Assembly (NCBI GenBank): GCA_964187785.1
Contig: OZ076409.1
Location: forward strand, 68,822,001 to 68,886,000
Direction: 5' to 3'
Origin: Amphiscolops sp. MND2022
Lineage: Eukaryota
DNA: 64,000 nt
Below the pieces are notes generated by a model. The model searched no databases and was not told the origin of the DNA. It saw only the letters and a program-made list of their open reading frames with translations. Below are positions 46,501-60,059 of this stretch, piece by piece; within the stretch, counting starts at the first letter, position 1; each line of letters starts with the position of its first letter. The position numbers and the translations under genes were made by a program.

Positions 46501-49500
46501 ACTTATCGCGCTGTTGAAAAACGGAGGTTTTACCCTTACTAAGTTCGTGAGTAACATCCCGAACCTAGCCGCACAGCTGAATAACGCCAGTGAGGGTATA
46601 CAGAAATCTATTACCACAACATCTGAACAGTCCGAATCCTCTCATGTCCTGGGATTGAGATGGAATCATGTTAACGGTACTTTAGTAGTGAGTAGAGGCA
46701 TGGACGCGTGTGTCAATGAAACAATAACGCAGCGAGTAATATTGAGTCAAGTGTCTTCAGTCTTCGACCCGATCGGCTTGATCGCCCCATACACCGTGTC
46801 CGCGAGGTTACTTCTCAAGGAAATTTGGCGTCTTAAAGGACAGCAATGGGATGATTAATTACCTGAAGATATCTCTCAAAGTTTCCTTCAGTGGAAGAAA
46901 GGTTTTCCAGTTCTTAGTGAATTAGCCATCCCACGAGGCTATTTCCCGTCCTCTGTCGATTCTGTGGAACTTCACGTCTTCGGTGACAGTTCTCAGGAAA
47001 TATTTTGTGCTGTCGCCTTCCTCCGTGGCAAACTCTCCCGCAGTCAAACAACAGTTGTTTCATTCGTCCTCGGTAAAGCGCGCGTGGCACCGATGAAGCC
47101 ATTATCAATTCCCAAACTGGAGCTTCAAGCCTCCCTTCTAGCGGCTTGTATGAAAGATGAAATCTGCAAAGCATTAGAAATTTCTATCGACCGTACCTTT
47201 CTTTGGACGGATAGTACAACCGTCATCCAGTGGCTTCACTCAAGTGAGAAACAGTCAACTTTCGTGGCAAATCGGGTCTCCGAAGTCCTGGAACTTACTA
47301 CGGTGGATCAATGGAACCACGTTGGTACTGCCGATAACCCTGCTGATAACGGGACTAGAGGTTTACCCGCTGAGGCACTGGTCAATGGTTGTTGGCTCAA
47401 AGGTCCCTCTTTTCTTTTCACTTCTGAGTAGCCTTTTCAGCTGAAAACGGATGTACAGAGTGTTCTCAAAGGCTCGCTCCGCGGCACAGTACCCGATTGT
47501 GTCTCTTATATCAGTAAAAGCGAAGTTAGCCCAATGAAAGTTTTTCCTGGGAGAAACTTCAGTTCCTACTGCAAAGCTCTGCGAATCATGGCGTACCTTA
47601 TGAGGGTCCATCATAGGCACAAGAAGTTCCGCACCAATGATAGAAGTCTTCAAGATCCTCTTGAGTTAGACATTGCCGAAGAAAAAGTACAGTATCTTGC
47701 ACAATCTGAATCCTTTCCCGGCATACGTAAACAATTACTTCAGGGAAAATGCTGTAGCCGTTCAAGCTCTCTATTACCGTACTCACCTTTCGTTGGTCAA
47801 GGTGGACTGGGTGTCGCTTTCGACATGAAACACCCGATCCTCCTCGATGCACGCCATCCCGTCGTTAACCTGTTCCTGTGGCAACTGCATAACGTGTATC
47901 ATCATCAGAGCGTCGATTACCTTCGAGCAGTTGCACAACAGAAATACGCTATTCTGAAACTCCGCACCGTCCTTCGCAGCATTCATTCCAAATGCGTGTT
48001 CTGTCGCAAGCGCCGAGCAATGACTGTTACGCCACTTATGTCGGACCTCCCCACGGAACGACTTAGTCATCAATCACCAGTCTTCTGGAATACAGGCGTC
48101 GATTACTTCGGGCCGTTCCATGTGTCCATCCGCAGGTCGACCGCAAAAAGATGGTGTTTCTTGTTTACTTGTTTAACAACGCGTGCGACCCACATCGAGA
48201 TTGTACCTTCAATGGATTCGAGTTCATGCATGATGGGAATCGAAAGGTTCATCGCTCATCGTGGAAAGCCTGCGATCTTTTGGTCCGATAACGGAATTAA
48301 CTTTGTCGGCGCTGAAAAGGATATAGTCTCAGCAGTGACGACTTGGAACTTGAACGCACCCTCCTTGTTCGTTCAGAAGGGAATCAAGTGGAAATTTAAT
48401 CCACCCGCTTCTCCGCACCATGGAGGATCATGGGAAAGACTTGTACGAAGCTGTAAACAAGTTTTCTACGCTCCTTGGCAATTAACGACTTGTAGAGAAA
48501 AGCCTCAACGCTCGACCGCTCACTCCTGTTAGCTCAGACCCCAACGAACTCAATGCGTTCACGCCGGACCATTTCCTACTAGGTCACCGGAGTTCAAACT
48601 TACCATCCTTAGCTACTGTCGATGACTTCAACCATAGGAAGAGATACATGCGAGCGCAAGCATATGCGAATGCTATCTGGTCCAGATGGCTACAAGAATA
48701 TGTCCCGTCTCTGAACTAAAGAACTAAATGGAACATACCTTCACCCGAGAAACTCCGTACTGGAGATCTTATCTGGAATTGGGAATCAAACAGCCCTCGG
48801 GGATATTACCCAATGGCGCGAATTGTTTCACTGAATTATGGAAAAGATTCCGTCGCTCGATCTGCGAATCTTAGAACGCAATCAGGTCGTTGTACTCGAC
48901 CACTTGTGAAACTAGTTCCTGTTCTCGACTCGTGTTTGGGGCCCGAAGATGTTGTCGACCGAGGCAATTGTCCAATATCGGAATGTGATTGACCTTCAAC
49001 TATCCCCCAATCGAGAAACGTCGGCGCAATTGCTAGGCGGCACGACTACGAGGCTCCGGAACCAAGTTCGAACCCCGCTCAACCCCAACTTCTTTTTTGG
49101 TTTCATTTTCCTTTACTGTCCTGTAACCTTTAAAGACCCCACCGACGGACCTGCCCGTCAATCATTCGTCTGTCATTCATTCATTAATTGTGTTTGTAAA
49201 CAACTTATTCAGTTCAGAAGTAATATCATTCATTAATTGTGTTTGGAAACAACTTATTCAGTTCAAAAGTAATTATATGTAACATGTAAAGGTTGTTCAG
49301 TCTGTTACGTCACTAAAATTAGATAACATCATTGGAATATTATTGTATCATACAACTGTATCGTAAACTGCCAATGTGGATCAATCTACTGTGCTCAGTT
49401 TGGTTCGAATATGATATTGTTCTAAACAACCTTTCACAACCGAGGATCATCAGGGCCTAAGCTGCAGAGGTTACCCACACCCAACATTATTACTTAGACG

Positions 49501-49666
49501 ATATTCTCATCCATTGTGGACATTAGTTACAGTGCATGATTCTTAGATCTTAGTTCTTGAGATCTTAGTTATGAAATTTATTTAGATCTTCATCCTCGGA
49601 TCTTAGTTATGGTCCCCTACTGGAAACTTTTTCCAGAAGGGGACCATAACTGATGGTTACCATAAC

Positions 49667-50220
49667 GGTAAATGGTCACTTGGCTTAATGCCATTTGGCT
49701 TAAAGTCATTTGGCTTAATACAATTGGTCACTTGGCTTAATTTTTTTAAGCTAAGTGTCTCGAGTATTGGTCACTTGGCTTAAAGTCATTTGACTTAAAA
49801 CCACTTAGTTGAAAACACGTGGCAGATTTTGTCGAATTTATCTTTATAACGAAGTCAGCGTATTATTATAACATGTCATATCAAGTACCCCTCGGATATG
49901 TCCCCATTTCCTCTAGTGCCCTGCGGCCCCTTGGGGCCGCTTATATTCCCATCTTGCTAAGCGAGGTCGAACAGGAGCAAAGACCTAGCGGGAACGAAGA
50001 TCGCGAAGCGATCGTAGTGGGAGCTGGTCTTTGCGACGGTGAGGGCGAGCGTGCATACACCGCATATGCCCCACATGATATTTCCGGGAGTTGACATATT
50101 TATTCCTTGAGTTGGAATGGAGTTGGCTTAATTTTGTGGTCACTTGGCTTAAAATTTTTAAGCCAAATGACTCGACGAAAAAATTAAGCCAAATGGTATT
50201 AAGCCAAGTGACTGGTAACC
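49667..50220. mobile_element. Foldback-type MITE with CA(C/T)TTGGCTTAA arm repeats, 8-bp TSD
   Basis: TSD ACCATAAC (49659-49666, 50221-50228). Imperfect ~35-bp TIRs. GC-rich core at ~49890-50071, also found at ~36580-36759. Confidence 0.75.
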
Positions 50221-50261
50221 ACCATAACTGAAGCTTACCATAACTGATAACTAAGATCTCA

Positions 50262-50845
50262 AGTCGCCTGAATCAAGGCTCTTTATGCAACCCGGGAACC
50301 ACCGCCACCGAGGCTGAAGCGCGTAAAATTGAGACTCATAGCGAATTAATAGACAATGGATACATTTTTCAGTCAGTGGCCTTGGAAGTACAGGGTTCTT
50401 TAGGCGAGAGCAGTGAAATTTTCATCACGCGTCTCTGTAAAATGCTCTGTCGTTCGCACGACGATCAACGAGCTGGCTGCTTTTTGAAGCAACGGATTTC
50501 AATGGCTCTCCAGATCGGCAATGCGGCCTGTGTTCTAGGAACTGTGAGCGACAGAGATGCGTTCGAAGAAATTTATTACATATAGCCTAATTTTTCTTAC
50601 CTTTATATCAAAGCAGCTATAAAAAAATTTCACCGGTCGACTGCATAGTGGCTGGTTTGAGTAGTTTGTTGGTTGTTTTTTTTTGTTACTGGTCTACTGG
50701 TATAGTGGCTGGTATGGGGTTCCCTACTTTCGTTGCAGACCACGGGTGTGTGTCTCCTCCCCCAACATGATGATACACATGGCACTTGATTGATGACGAA
50801 GATCCATGATATCTGATAGAGAAAAAAACAAAGAAGAAAAAAAAG
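50262..50845 (+). mobile_element. 5'-truncated CRE 3' fragment with uninterrupted 3' UTR
   Basis: ORF end ...DRDAFEEIYYI* at 50585, then a ~240-nt UTR, the C/D-like module and an A-rich tail. Another fragment lies at ~51850-52208. Confidence 0.85.
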
Positions 50846-51051
50846 ATCTCAAGAACGAAGATCTAAGAATCATGCTTTGTAACCAAGGTCCAAAATGGAT
50901 GTGAATATCGTCTAAGTAATAATAATGGGCATATGCGGTGTACGCACTCTCGTCCTCACCGCACTCTCGTCCACACCTGAGGTCTTCAACCCTCGCTAAG
51001 TCGTGCCCCAAAAGCATCGCAGAGGCATACCAAAACCACGAGGCAATAAAA

Positions 51052-51740
51052 AACAAGCCGAGAACGTCCAAAGTCGGCGCTATATCTAAGGCTCAAAAAG
51101 TGAAAAAAATTTCAAAATATGCTCATGACGTTTTTTCATGAAAAACTCACAAAAAAGTTTCACCCAAAGGAAGCCTTCGGAAGCCTTCCGTGCTGGGAAA
51201 ATGCTTCAGAAGTTCGGATATAGTGGCTGGGACAAATGCGTGCACTTGTTTTCGAACCTCCGCCTCCTCCTCAGTGAAACGGAATATACTTCGGAAATAA
51301 CGTCAAAAATTCGGATATAGCGCTTTACTCCGGATATTACGTTCAAATTTTTGATAGTATTGAAAAAAATGTTGGTGGATATGTATTGAGAAAATCTAAT
51401 GTCAGATGAAAAATGACAATTTTGAACAGTCTCATAGTGCCAAAAAATCTGAAAAGGGGGACTCTTTGGTACAATCAAAAAATTTTCGAAAAAAAGTCTC
51501 ATAGTGCCAAAAAAAATCCAAGTTAAAAACACCCACATAGCCAAAGTGGGGATCCTTAGTTGTTTTCAAGGTTCTGGACGTCGGTTTCATAATTTTGGAT
51601 GAGGTTCTAAGGTTTGCGGTATGTTTTGGTCAAACTGAACAAATGAACAAAAAAGTGGACCTTACGCAAGTAAAAAAAATTTAAAAACTACCCAATGTAA
51701 GAGTCGGGCACATTTTCTACTAGAATGCGCCGACTAAAAA
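51052..51740 (-). mobile_element. Helentron-type non-autonomous element (HINE/DINE-1-like)
   Basis: Sub-terminal IR AGTCGGCGC/GCGCCGACT, a second IR near the 5' end, a degenerate 3' stem-loop and T-rich ends. Relatives at ~33170-33330, 52590-52965 and 54040-54411. Confidence 0.65.
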
Positions 51741-52207
51741 AGAAAATATGAAGACCGCGTCGTCAAAGTCGAGAAGACCACATTATGTCCGCTGATTTTT
51801 TCATGCATTGGAGGCGCAGGCCCATAAGCGACCAAAGCGATGAAAAATATCTCTGTAAAATGCTGTCGTTAGCACGACGATCAACGAGCCGGCAGTTTTT
51901 TGAATCGGCAATGCGGCCGGTGTCCTAGGAACTGTGCGCGACAGATGCGTTCGAAGAAGTTTTTTACATATAGTTTATTTCTCTTAAAAACCTATATCAT
52001 TGCAGCTTTTTAAAAAATGTTTCTACCGGTCGACTGTGATAGTGGCTTGTATGAACAGTTTGTTGGTTATTTTTTTGTTACTGGGATGGTGGCTGGTATG
52101 GGGTTCCCTACTTTCAATGCAGAAAACGGCTGTGTCTTCTCCCTCCAACATGATGATACACATGGCACTTGATGACGAAGATCCATGATAACTGATAGAG
52201 GGGAAAA

Positions 52208-52400
52208 AGCGATGAAACGACACGCTAGCTTGACCAGCGACAAAAGAAACGAGCCATTTGCAGATGCCTCATACGTCAGAACCAAACTCAGCTTCGCCCT
52301 GCTGAGAAGCAGTATTTTCTGCGTAAAGGGTTGCAGATCGCTGAAATAAAAGAGAATACGAAAAATTGAATCAACACCCTCTCTGATTGTAGAAGGGAGA
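52208..52400 (+). mobile_element. 3' fragment of the second RLE-type LINE family
   Basis: SYVRTKLSFALLRSSIFCVKGCRSLK, related to 3000-3190. Confidence 0.6.
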
Positions 52401-53059
52401 CTATCAGCTAATAATTGATGTCTCTATTGCTTGGCAACTCAACCAGACCGAAGTAAAAATTGAAAACCTTCAATTTCTGTCCACTTCTTACCACATTCTT
52501 TTCAAACTTTACTATATCGTTGCCAAGCACGTCAATCCTAAAGATTAGTCCTAATCTTCGTTTTTTTAATGGATAAATTTATATGTAGAAGTATAGAGTC
52601 GACTATAGTCATGGCTTTTCGTCATGTTTTTTTTTTCGAAACACCTGAAGTGACCAAAGTAGTTCTACAAGTTTTATGGTTTCATTTCAGCCTACGAACT
52701 GAACCAAAAAGGTTTTTCTTTTCTGCGTAACATTACCGGCCGAGACAAAAGGGCCCCCCTTTCAGTTTTTTTGGCATTGCGCGACTTTCGATTTTTTTCA
52801 CCAGAGGGTCCCCTTCAGTTTTTTTAGTTTTGCGACAGAATGGATGTTGAAAAATACCAAAGGGTCCACCTTTCAGTTTTTTTGGCTCTGTGAGACTTTT
52901 CAAAGTTTTTTCGGGTGCTTTTGAGCCTTAGATATTGCGCCGACTTGGGCCTGTCACGGCTTGTTTTCCAAAGCCATCACTGTCGATATCTTTTAGTTGC
53001 AAACTTTTGTTCAACTTCCGTTTTTTGAGTAGCTTCAACATTTTAGTTTTTCAGGTATA

Positions 53060-55280
53060 ATGGGGGATCCGCCTGTTGAGAGCGTTTCATTAGATGGAGC
53101 GGATGACGAAGATGATTTTGTTGATCCGTGGACTGTCAAGAGCTCGTCTGCTAGAGGCATTGATAAAGATAAACTGATTGACCGGTTTGGCAGTTCAAAA
53201 ATTGACCAAAAACTTCTGGATGAAATTGAAACAGTGACTGGTCAAAAGTGCCACAGATTTCTTCGACGTGGGATTTTCTTTTCACATAGAGATTTCTATC
53301 AAATATTAAATTGTTACAAAAATGACAAACCATTTTACCTTTATACTGGAAGAGGACCGTCAAGCTCATCTTTGCACGTAGGACACCTCATACCATTCAT
53401 TATGACGAAATGGCTACAGGTAAAATTTTCGCCGCATTGAATATCTAATTGAACCAATTGTAAAATTGATATTCTCTTCTTTTACCAGGATATTTTTGAT
53501 GTTCCATTGGTTATTCAACTCACTGATGATGAAAAGTCTCTGTGGAAGGGTTTGCCTAGAACAGAGGCTGTCAAACTAGCTCGCGAAAATGCCAAGGATA
53601 TAATAGCATGTGGTTTTGATATCCAGAAGACTTTCATATTCAGCGATTTCACCTATATGGGACAAAGACCCGAGTTCTACGGGAATGTTATTGATATCCA
53701 AAGATGTGTCACTTTTAATCAGGTGAAAGGAATATTTGGGTTTGGTGACAGTGACTGTATAGGGAAAATTGGATTTCCAGCAGTGCAAGCTGCTCCGTGT
53801 ATTGCTAGTACATTTCCAGACATTTTCGGAGAAAGAAAGAACATACCATGTCTTATCCCTTGTGCAATCGATCAAGATCCGTACTTCAGAATGACCAGAG
53901 ACGTCGCGCCAAGAGTTGGGTTCCCAAAGCCAGCCCTTTTGCATTCGACTTTCTTCCCGGCCTTGCAAGGTACGTTTTAGTTTGTACACTACTCGATTGA
54001 TAAATGTAGTAGGCTGTGGCGACGTAGATATCAAGTTCCTTCCCGAAAAACCCAAAAGTTGGAACGAACTGGCGCGCGGGGACCCTTCCGGATCTTTTTA
54101 AATTCCTTTTTAACATCCATTCTGTTGCAAAATATCAAAAAATTGAAGGGTGGACTTTTTAGAGACATTTTTCGAAAGAAAACTAAAAATGAGAATAGTC
54201 TTAATGCCTAAAAACTGAAAGGACCCTTACGTCTCGCCCGGTATTGTCTCGCGCTCTGAAAAAAGTTTCCTATAGTTCAGTTCCCTGGGCCAAATGGTCC
54301 AATTTGACACCTGAAGATTTCGTAGAACTTTGTAGAACTATTTGGTCAGTTTGCGTGGATTGAAAAAGTCACTAGTATAGTCGCGTTTCACTTCATGAAG
54401 CGCCGACTAATAACCGCGATAAATCCCTCGTCCTTGTTATGAATGACGTAATTTTGAGCTAACTCCATCGGTGCATCGTAATTATTTCATATCAACCCAT
54501 ATTCATTGACAGCATGTAGACGATCTTGTTTCTTGGTTTCTCGATAAATTCAACCTTGTCTGTAATAATTAGCCGTAATGAATCCGGGTTGAAAGTGAAA
54601 ATGCAAATTTGCCTTCTAGTATTGACGTCAACGAATGCGAAATGAATTTTCTGACATTAGCCGTTTTCTGGAAACCTCATTCTAAGCGAGTTTTGAGGGA
54701 TTTCTATAGGCAGAAGCTTTTAGCGTTAAGCATGATAATTTGACGTCTCGAGAGATTCTGTGTCGATTTCCATGTTGCTTTTCACAATTTTGAAAGGTGT
54801 TTTCTCGGTGAAGTATTTGTCAAAATATTTCAATTCGATGTACAGTTTCTTTCAAATTGATTGAAGTACTTATAATGAATTGTTTTAGGTGCCCAATGTA
54901 AAATGAGTGCTAGCGACGACCGTTCATCAATCTTTTTGACAGACACACAGAAACAAATTAAGACTAAAATCAACAAGTACGCCTTTTCTGGGGGGCAAAC
55001 TTCAGTTGAGGAGCACCGAAAACTCGGAGGTGACTGTGACGTAGATATTGCCTATCAATACTTGACGTTTTTCCTCGAAGACGACGAAGAGCTAGCTGAA
55101 ATCAAAAGAACCTACACTAGTGGTGAGCTTCTGACAGGAGAACTCAAAGCTAAACTGATTGCCGTTCTTCAACAAATTGTGGCGGAACACCAAAAAAGGA
55201 AAGCGGAAGTGACGGATTCGGTTGTTGACGAGTTCATGACACCCAGGCCGCTCCAGTTCAAGTTTACCGTAAACCCGTAA
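53060..55280 (+). CDS. WARS1: Cytoplasmic tryptophanyl-tRNA synthetase; exons 53060-53419, 53489-53969, 54889-55280 (410 aa)
   Basis: [47 protein letters not shown] and AFSGGQ motifs. GT-AG introns (69 and 919 nt) give an open 1233-nt CDS. Confidence 0.96.
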
Positions 55281-58200
55281 TGATTAATTTCTTGCTGTTT
55301 ACAATTAACTCTCATCCTTCCTTTGTTTGGAATTTGGCCATCTCAAAATTGGTTTCCGGGGAACCCTCAAGCATGAAAGCGCAGGGATTTTATTGAAAAA
55401 TGTAGACTTTGACAGTCCCTAAAGGCCCTCGTTCTCTTCAATTTGAATACCCATTACATGCTACAAAAATGTATTTGATGCTAAATTGTATTTTATGTTT
55501 GTTATGAAATAATTTGACATTTGAATTACTATTAGAACGCCCTGGAATAATTTTCTAGCTAATTGTTGTTGCTCGGTGCCACGTGTTTCCAGGATTTCGG
55601 AAAATTGACATTTTGATTTGATTCTCAATTTGATTGGCATTTCCGAAAATTTCCGAAGTCCTTTGCGCTTTGTGTGCCCATGATTTCTTTGGAATGGTCT
55701 GTAACGTTTTGTAAAAATATTTTACTAATCTGAATTTGGACATGAAGGACAAAAAGTGAAGATATATTACTGTCCCGTTTTTAATCGAAACCAATCAGTT
55801 GTATATTTCATGAAAGTGAATATTTACTAGCTAGCTTGATTGTCGGACATATGTATCCTTAAACGACTTTTGAAAAAGGGTCTTTTCCTGCAATTTTCTT
55901 TGATGTTCAATTAAGAATGAAACTGTTCTTTATTCATATCAATGAATATCCATTATTGCATTACTTCTACGGACACTGGAGTCTATTGATTCCACTTGAA
56001 TCTGAAATCGATATTGTTGTGAACAAAAATCAATGAAAGATGAAAAGGACGTGTCTGTTTTTCTTTATTGGTTTACCTAATGAGCCAACAGCACGCTTTT
56101 ACAAAAAAATTGTTCTTGGAACTGAATGTTACGCCCACATTTTTGTTGAACGAAACGTGTTTTCGATGCAATGTTAATAACGCAACCCCGTTGCTGTAAT
56201 ATAAATTTTTTAATGATATAAAATTTCAACTGACAAATGTCTTAGTTCATCAGTTAACAAAAGAATTAGTGATAAATAATGTTCCAAAATGGCCATTACT
56301 AATTGAATTTTACTATCGACTTCTCGGTAAAACCTAATTGAACAAAAAAAAACGTCAATATTTCGGTTTGACAAGGGTTTGCATTGAAACGCCAGCAACA
56401 GCTCAAATCGGCAGTCCGTTCAAGAAGAGCAGTCATGATAAAACTAAAGAACAATTGAGAACACAAAAACAATCTCGCTGTTTCGAAAAACTCAGAAACG
56501 AAAGAAGAGCACCCTCGAGACAAAAAATGCTTTTCCGCAGCTGGAAGTGTAGTGTAATCCGTATGAGAAAAAATCTCAGTTGCGTTTTCCCTAATTCAGC
56601 TGTACGCAAAGAAATTGCAGTGCCACTGGGACTTGTTTCTGACTCATTCCTAGAACAAATATTTCGTATACGACTGATGCTATTGGTGTCAAATTCTGAT
56701 TCATTTCCTTTCGCCCTAAGACCAGTGATCAAGATTTTCACTTTTGTGAGAAACAACCAGCTCTAATGAGTGAAAAAATTATTTCACAAAGTATTTGCTT
56801 TGGCGCGTAAATTTGAGGGAAAATAAAGACTACTTGGAGTAAGTGAAAAAATACATGTAATTTGTGAAAAATAGTTGCAATCTTTTTGATTACTACGCCA
56901 CTTTTTCACAAGATACTGAAATTGCCTCCAACAAAACTCCTACCTAGAGCCACTATTCGGCAGTCTGAAAATTAACCACAGACGATAAGTCTAACTTCAA
57001 AGGCTTCGATTACAGAAAGACAGATAGTGAAGTTTTTGAAAGCACAGAGAACTTATTTGACTCTTATCGAAATTTTTGATGGGAAAAGTTAAAATCTGAG
57101 GCGTCTTACGGTCTACAGTGAATTCCTCATTTTTCATCCTACGTCAAATTGGGAATGTTTTAGTCAATGAATTTCAAATGTTCCTTCCTTAAGAAAAAAC
57201 TTACAACAAATGAAACCTGAAAACTGAAAAAATCAGCTTTAGTAAAAACCAGAATCATGCGGAGTAAATTATGAAATTGTTGTTTTTGCGAGTTTTTTGG
57301 TTGAAAAATAAATGAGTTGACAGATAATTGCTTGTTCATTGTTGGTTCTATAATATACGGACTTCACAGATAAGGAGAACATATTCGAATTCATTTCGAA
57401 CATATTCGAACATATTCGAATTCTTCATCTCGAATTGACGAACCTAATTTTATAGATTGGTGATAAAAACCGTTAGTTCATACTCTTGATTGATGAAACA
57501 AATCTCTTGATTTTTTGAACAACAAAAACTGACGTCTAACAAAGGCTGTTCAATGGACTGGGCAGGGCCATTTGCAGGATCAATCCCACGCACGCGGAAG
57601 GTTGATGGTTGAATTTTAGACCATTCCTTAACTTTGCTCAAATACATCTGATGAAAAACGCTCAAATAAGCAATCACTATTAGAACCAATGTACACTAGG
57701 GTACAAAAAAGCTAAAGAAAATTTTAATATTGCAATTAAGTTTGAGATGATCATTTGCCCTAAAAATTCCAAAATCAAAACGTTCATTGAAACAAAGAAA
57801 TGCAGGTATTTTTTGAAATGAAACAAGTTACCAAAACTATTCAACAACGTATATTTGACTGAACTTTTTCCGATTTTCATCATGCTCCATCTCAAAAACC
57901 GCTGTTTGTAACAAAAGTTCCTGGAACACTTGCTCCAAAAACTACACCGCGAAATGACAACAAAAACATTGAAGCGATTTTACTGTGTGAATGAAATCGT
58001 CAATAAACTCAATATAAAGTATAGCACAGTATACTATCAGTGTAAAGGGTAGCAGTAGAGAAGAGATGTTTTCCGTTCTTTCGCGCAACGCGGTTCTCGG
58101 TGCAAAACTTTGATTATTACATATACAAGGTAAATCTGGCAGTTGGCGCATTCTGTAGAACACACACCACGACCGTAGAAGTTCTCATGACCGAACAAAA

Positions 58201-60059
58201 ATCAAACCAGAAGATTTCAGCATTTTTTCGAGACGTTAGAATGTCGGCAAAGCGTGTTTATGGAGGGCAACGGGCTATCGTATAAAACAAATGGCCGTCA
58301 CAAATTTCATCGTCGAAGTGGTGAAAGGTTTTCAGACAATTACGACTCAAGTCATCCATATACCTTGCTTGATACAAGTTTAGGTGGTCATGACTACAAC
58401 ACTAGAAGAAAACAAAAAGGTCTGCTACCTTCTACATATAACAGACTGGTTCTAAAACAGCGAAGTTTAACAAATGTACTCAGAAAAGCCTACAATTGGC
58501 TACGTTTACTCAATTTAATTCCTCCTGAACTGAGGAACTTTACTGCGGAGCAAATGAATAAAATTGTAAGAAACATAAATGAAGTCTACGTAATTGATAA
58601 CAAGGACTTATTTGAACTCTTTTTCTAATTCCACAGAACCTGAAAACTTATTGAGAAATAAAAAACGACGCTTGTTGTTCACAGCAAATTGGTTCTCATG
58701 GTCAAAAACTCGACGAGTTGAAAAGCTCTTCTTTTTTCCTTTTCTAAAAGATATCTATAACGTTTAGTTTATAGTGTAACTTTTAGAATAAATAAAATAT
58801 TTTATTTTATCGAAGGACTAGAAAGTCAACTATTTTTGAGTCGTGGGAGGCCCAATCGGTAAGAACTGATTCTGTTATGGCATTTGCGGTTGAACTTGTT
58901 TTTTTTTTTGAAAAAATACTATAGTTTTGCAACGAAATCAACGACTTCACATAGACAATACCTCAGCATACACGAAGACACAAAAACGCCATGACCTCCG
59001 ATGTCTACGGACTTTATATCTAAAAGATTCTTTACAAGTTACAGTCCTTAATCATAGAAGGAGTAGGAAGTGATTTGACTAAAAAAAGTTGGTCAAAAAT
59101 TGGAATTAAACACGGAAATCCGGAACTGTAAGCTCAATTCACGCCAGGCACAGAGCAACTGACCCGAAAACAGGATTACCAGTTCAAATGACAATAAAAA
59201 ACGGCGACAATATCGGAAGCACTTAATCCGGCGAACAATGTGATGGCAATTACGAGATTCCTGAAATTGTGACACCTGCTTCGTCTGACGGAGGCGTTTC
59301 AAACGAGATTGTAATGTCCAACTTCAAAACGATACAAAGCTTCACTGCAACCACGGCCGCAATGATTCTTTCAAACCGAAGGAACCAGCGTCTCAGGTTA
59401 CACTTTTCCGCAAAACTTACTGAATTGACTTCTCAACATGATGAACTCAGTTACTCAGTTTGTTTAAAAGACAATCAAGCAATTTAGCACCCAGTAGGAG
59501 CAGTTTGCGGTAATAGTGAGCAAGCGTCTCTTGTATGAGTGGAAATCTTACACAAAATCGTAAGCAAAAAACCGCAACTGAAGGGAAACAGTGTTCAACT
59601 AAAAGCTGTCAATCAATCGTTCATCGAAACAAAGAGTGAAGTAACGTTACCAGTCAGCCTAAATTGTACAGACGTAACTTTATCGTACTAAGTGAATCAA
59701 AATACCGTTTTTCCAAATTGTAATGTTTGTGAACGAGGCACTGAAGCATTTTTTCTCTCAATCGTTTCAATTGGAGCTCTCATTATTTTGTCAAATCTTC
59801 GACTAACGTCAGTGTGAACTATCAGTAAATATGTAGAGGTCTTTACCAGTCTGCTCGTCCTCATTTTTAGGCTGTGCACCAAAACTTGTGGATTTTTCTG
59901 AAACATACCAATCGACTTCGTCGACGCTAAACGCGTCAAAACGTTTAAGACGGCCACAAAGAAAACACCGGAAACTGTTTAATTAGGAATTAGATTTTTT
60001 TTCTCAAAAGTACGAGCAATAAGAGCCGGCATAGAGCCAAATAACAACAGATTGATCAG

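Larger units (their letters stand above)
36760..49479 (+). mobile_element. BEL/Pao LTR retrotransposon (degenerate), host of a nested Copia
   Basis: LTRs 36760-37291 and 48950-49479 (TG...CA), TSD CCCAA, PBS TGGTCCGCCGACCCGGAT (37297-37314), PPT-like GGGGCCCGAAGA. Gag 43818-45720 (LPEWKL...WHEWYGQFKSAID), RT (FYMDDYLDS), RNase H region (ELHVFGDSS, KARVAP, WTDST) and integrase (TGVDYFGP, SDNG.NF, GGSWERLV). Stops present; an internal deletion near 45745 removes the protease region. Confidence 0.95.

Noticed and set aside
49667..49810. Short regularly spaced repeats resembling a CRISPR array (also the TCGA arms at 6754-7098)
   Set aside because: Repeats are ~12 nt, lack unique 30-40-nt spacers, form inverted MITE arms, and lie in a eukaryotic context with no cas genes.
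55500..59950. Short ORFs (e.g. 56338-56766, 58254-58628) possibly from decayed viral or Polinton-like DNA
   Set aside because: No recognisable motif; cannot be assigned without a profile search.
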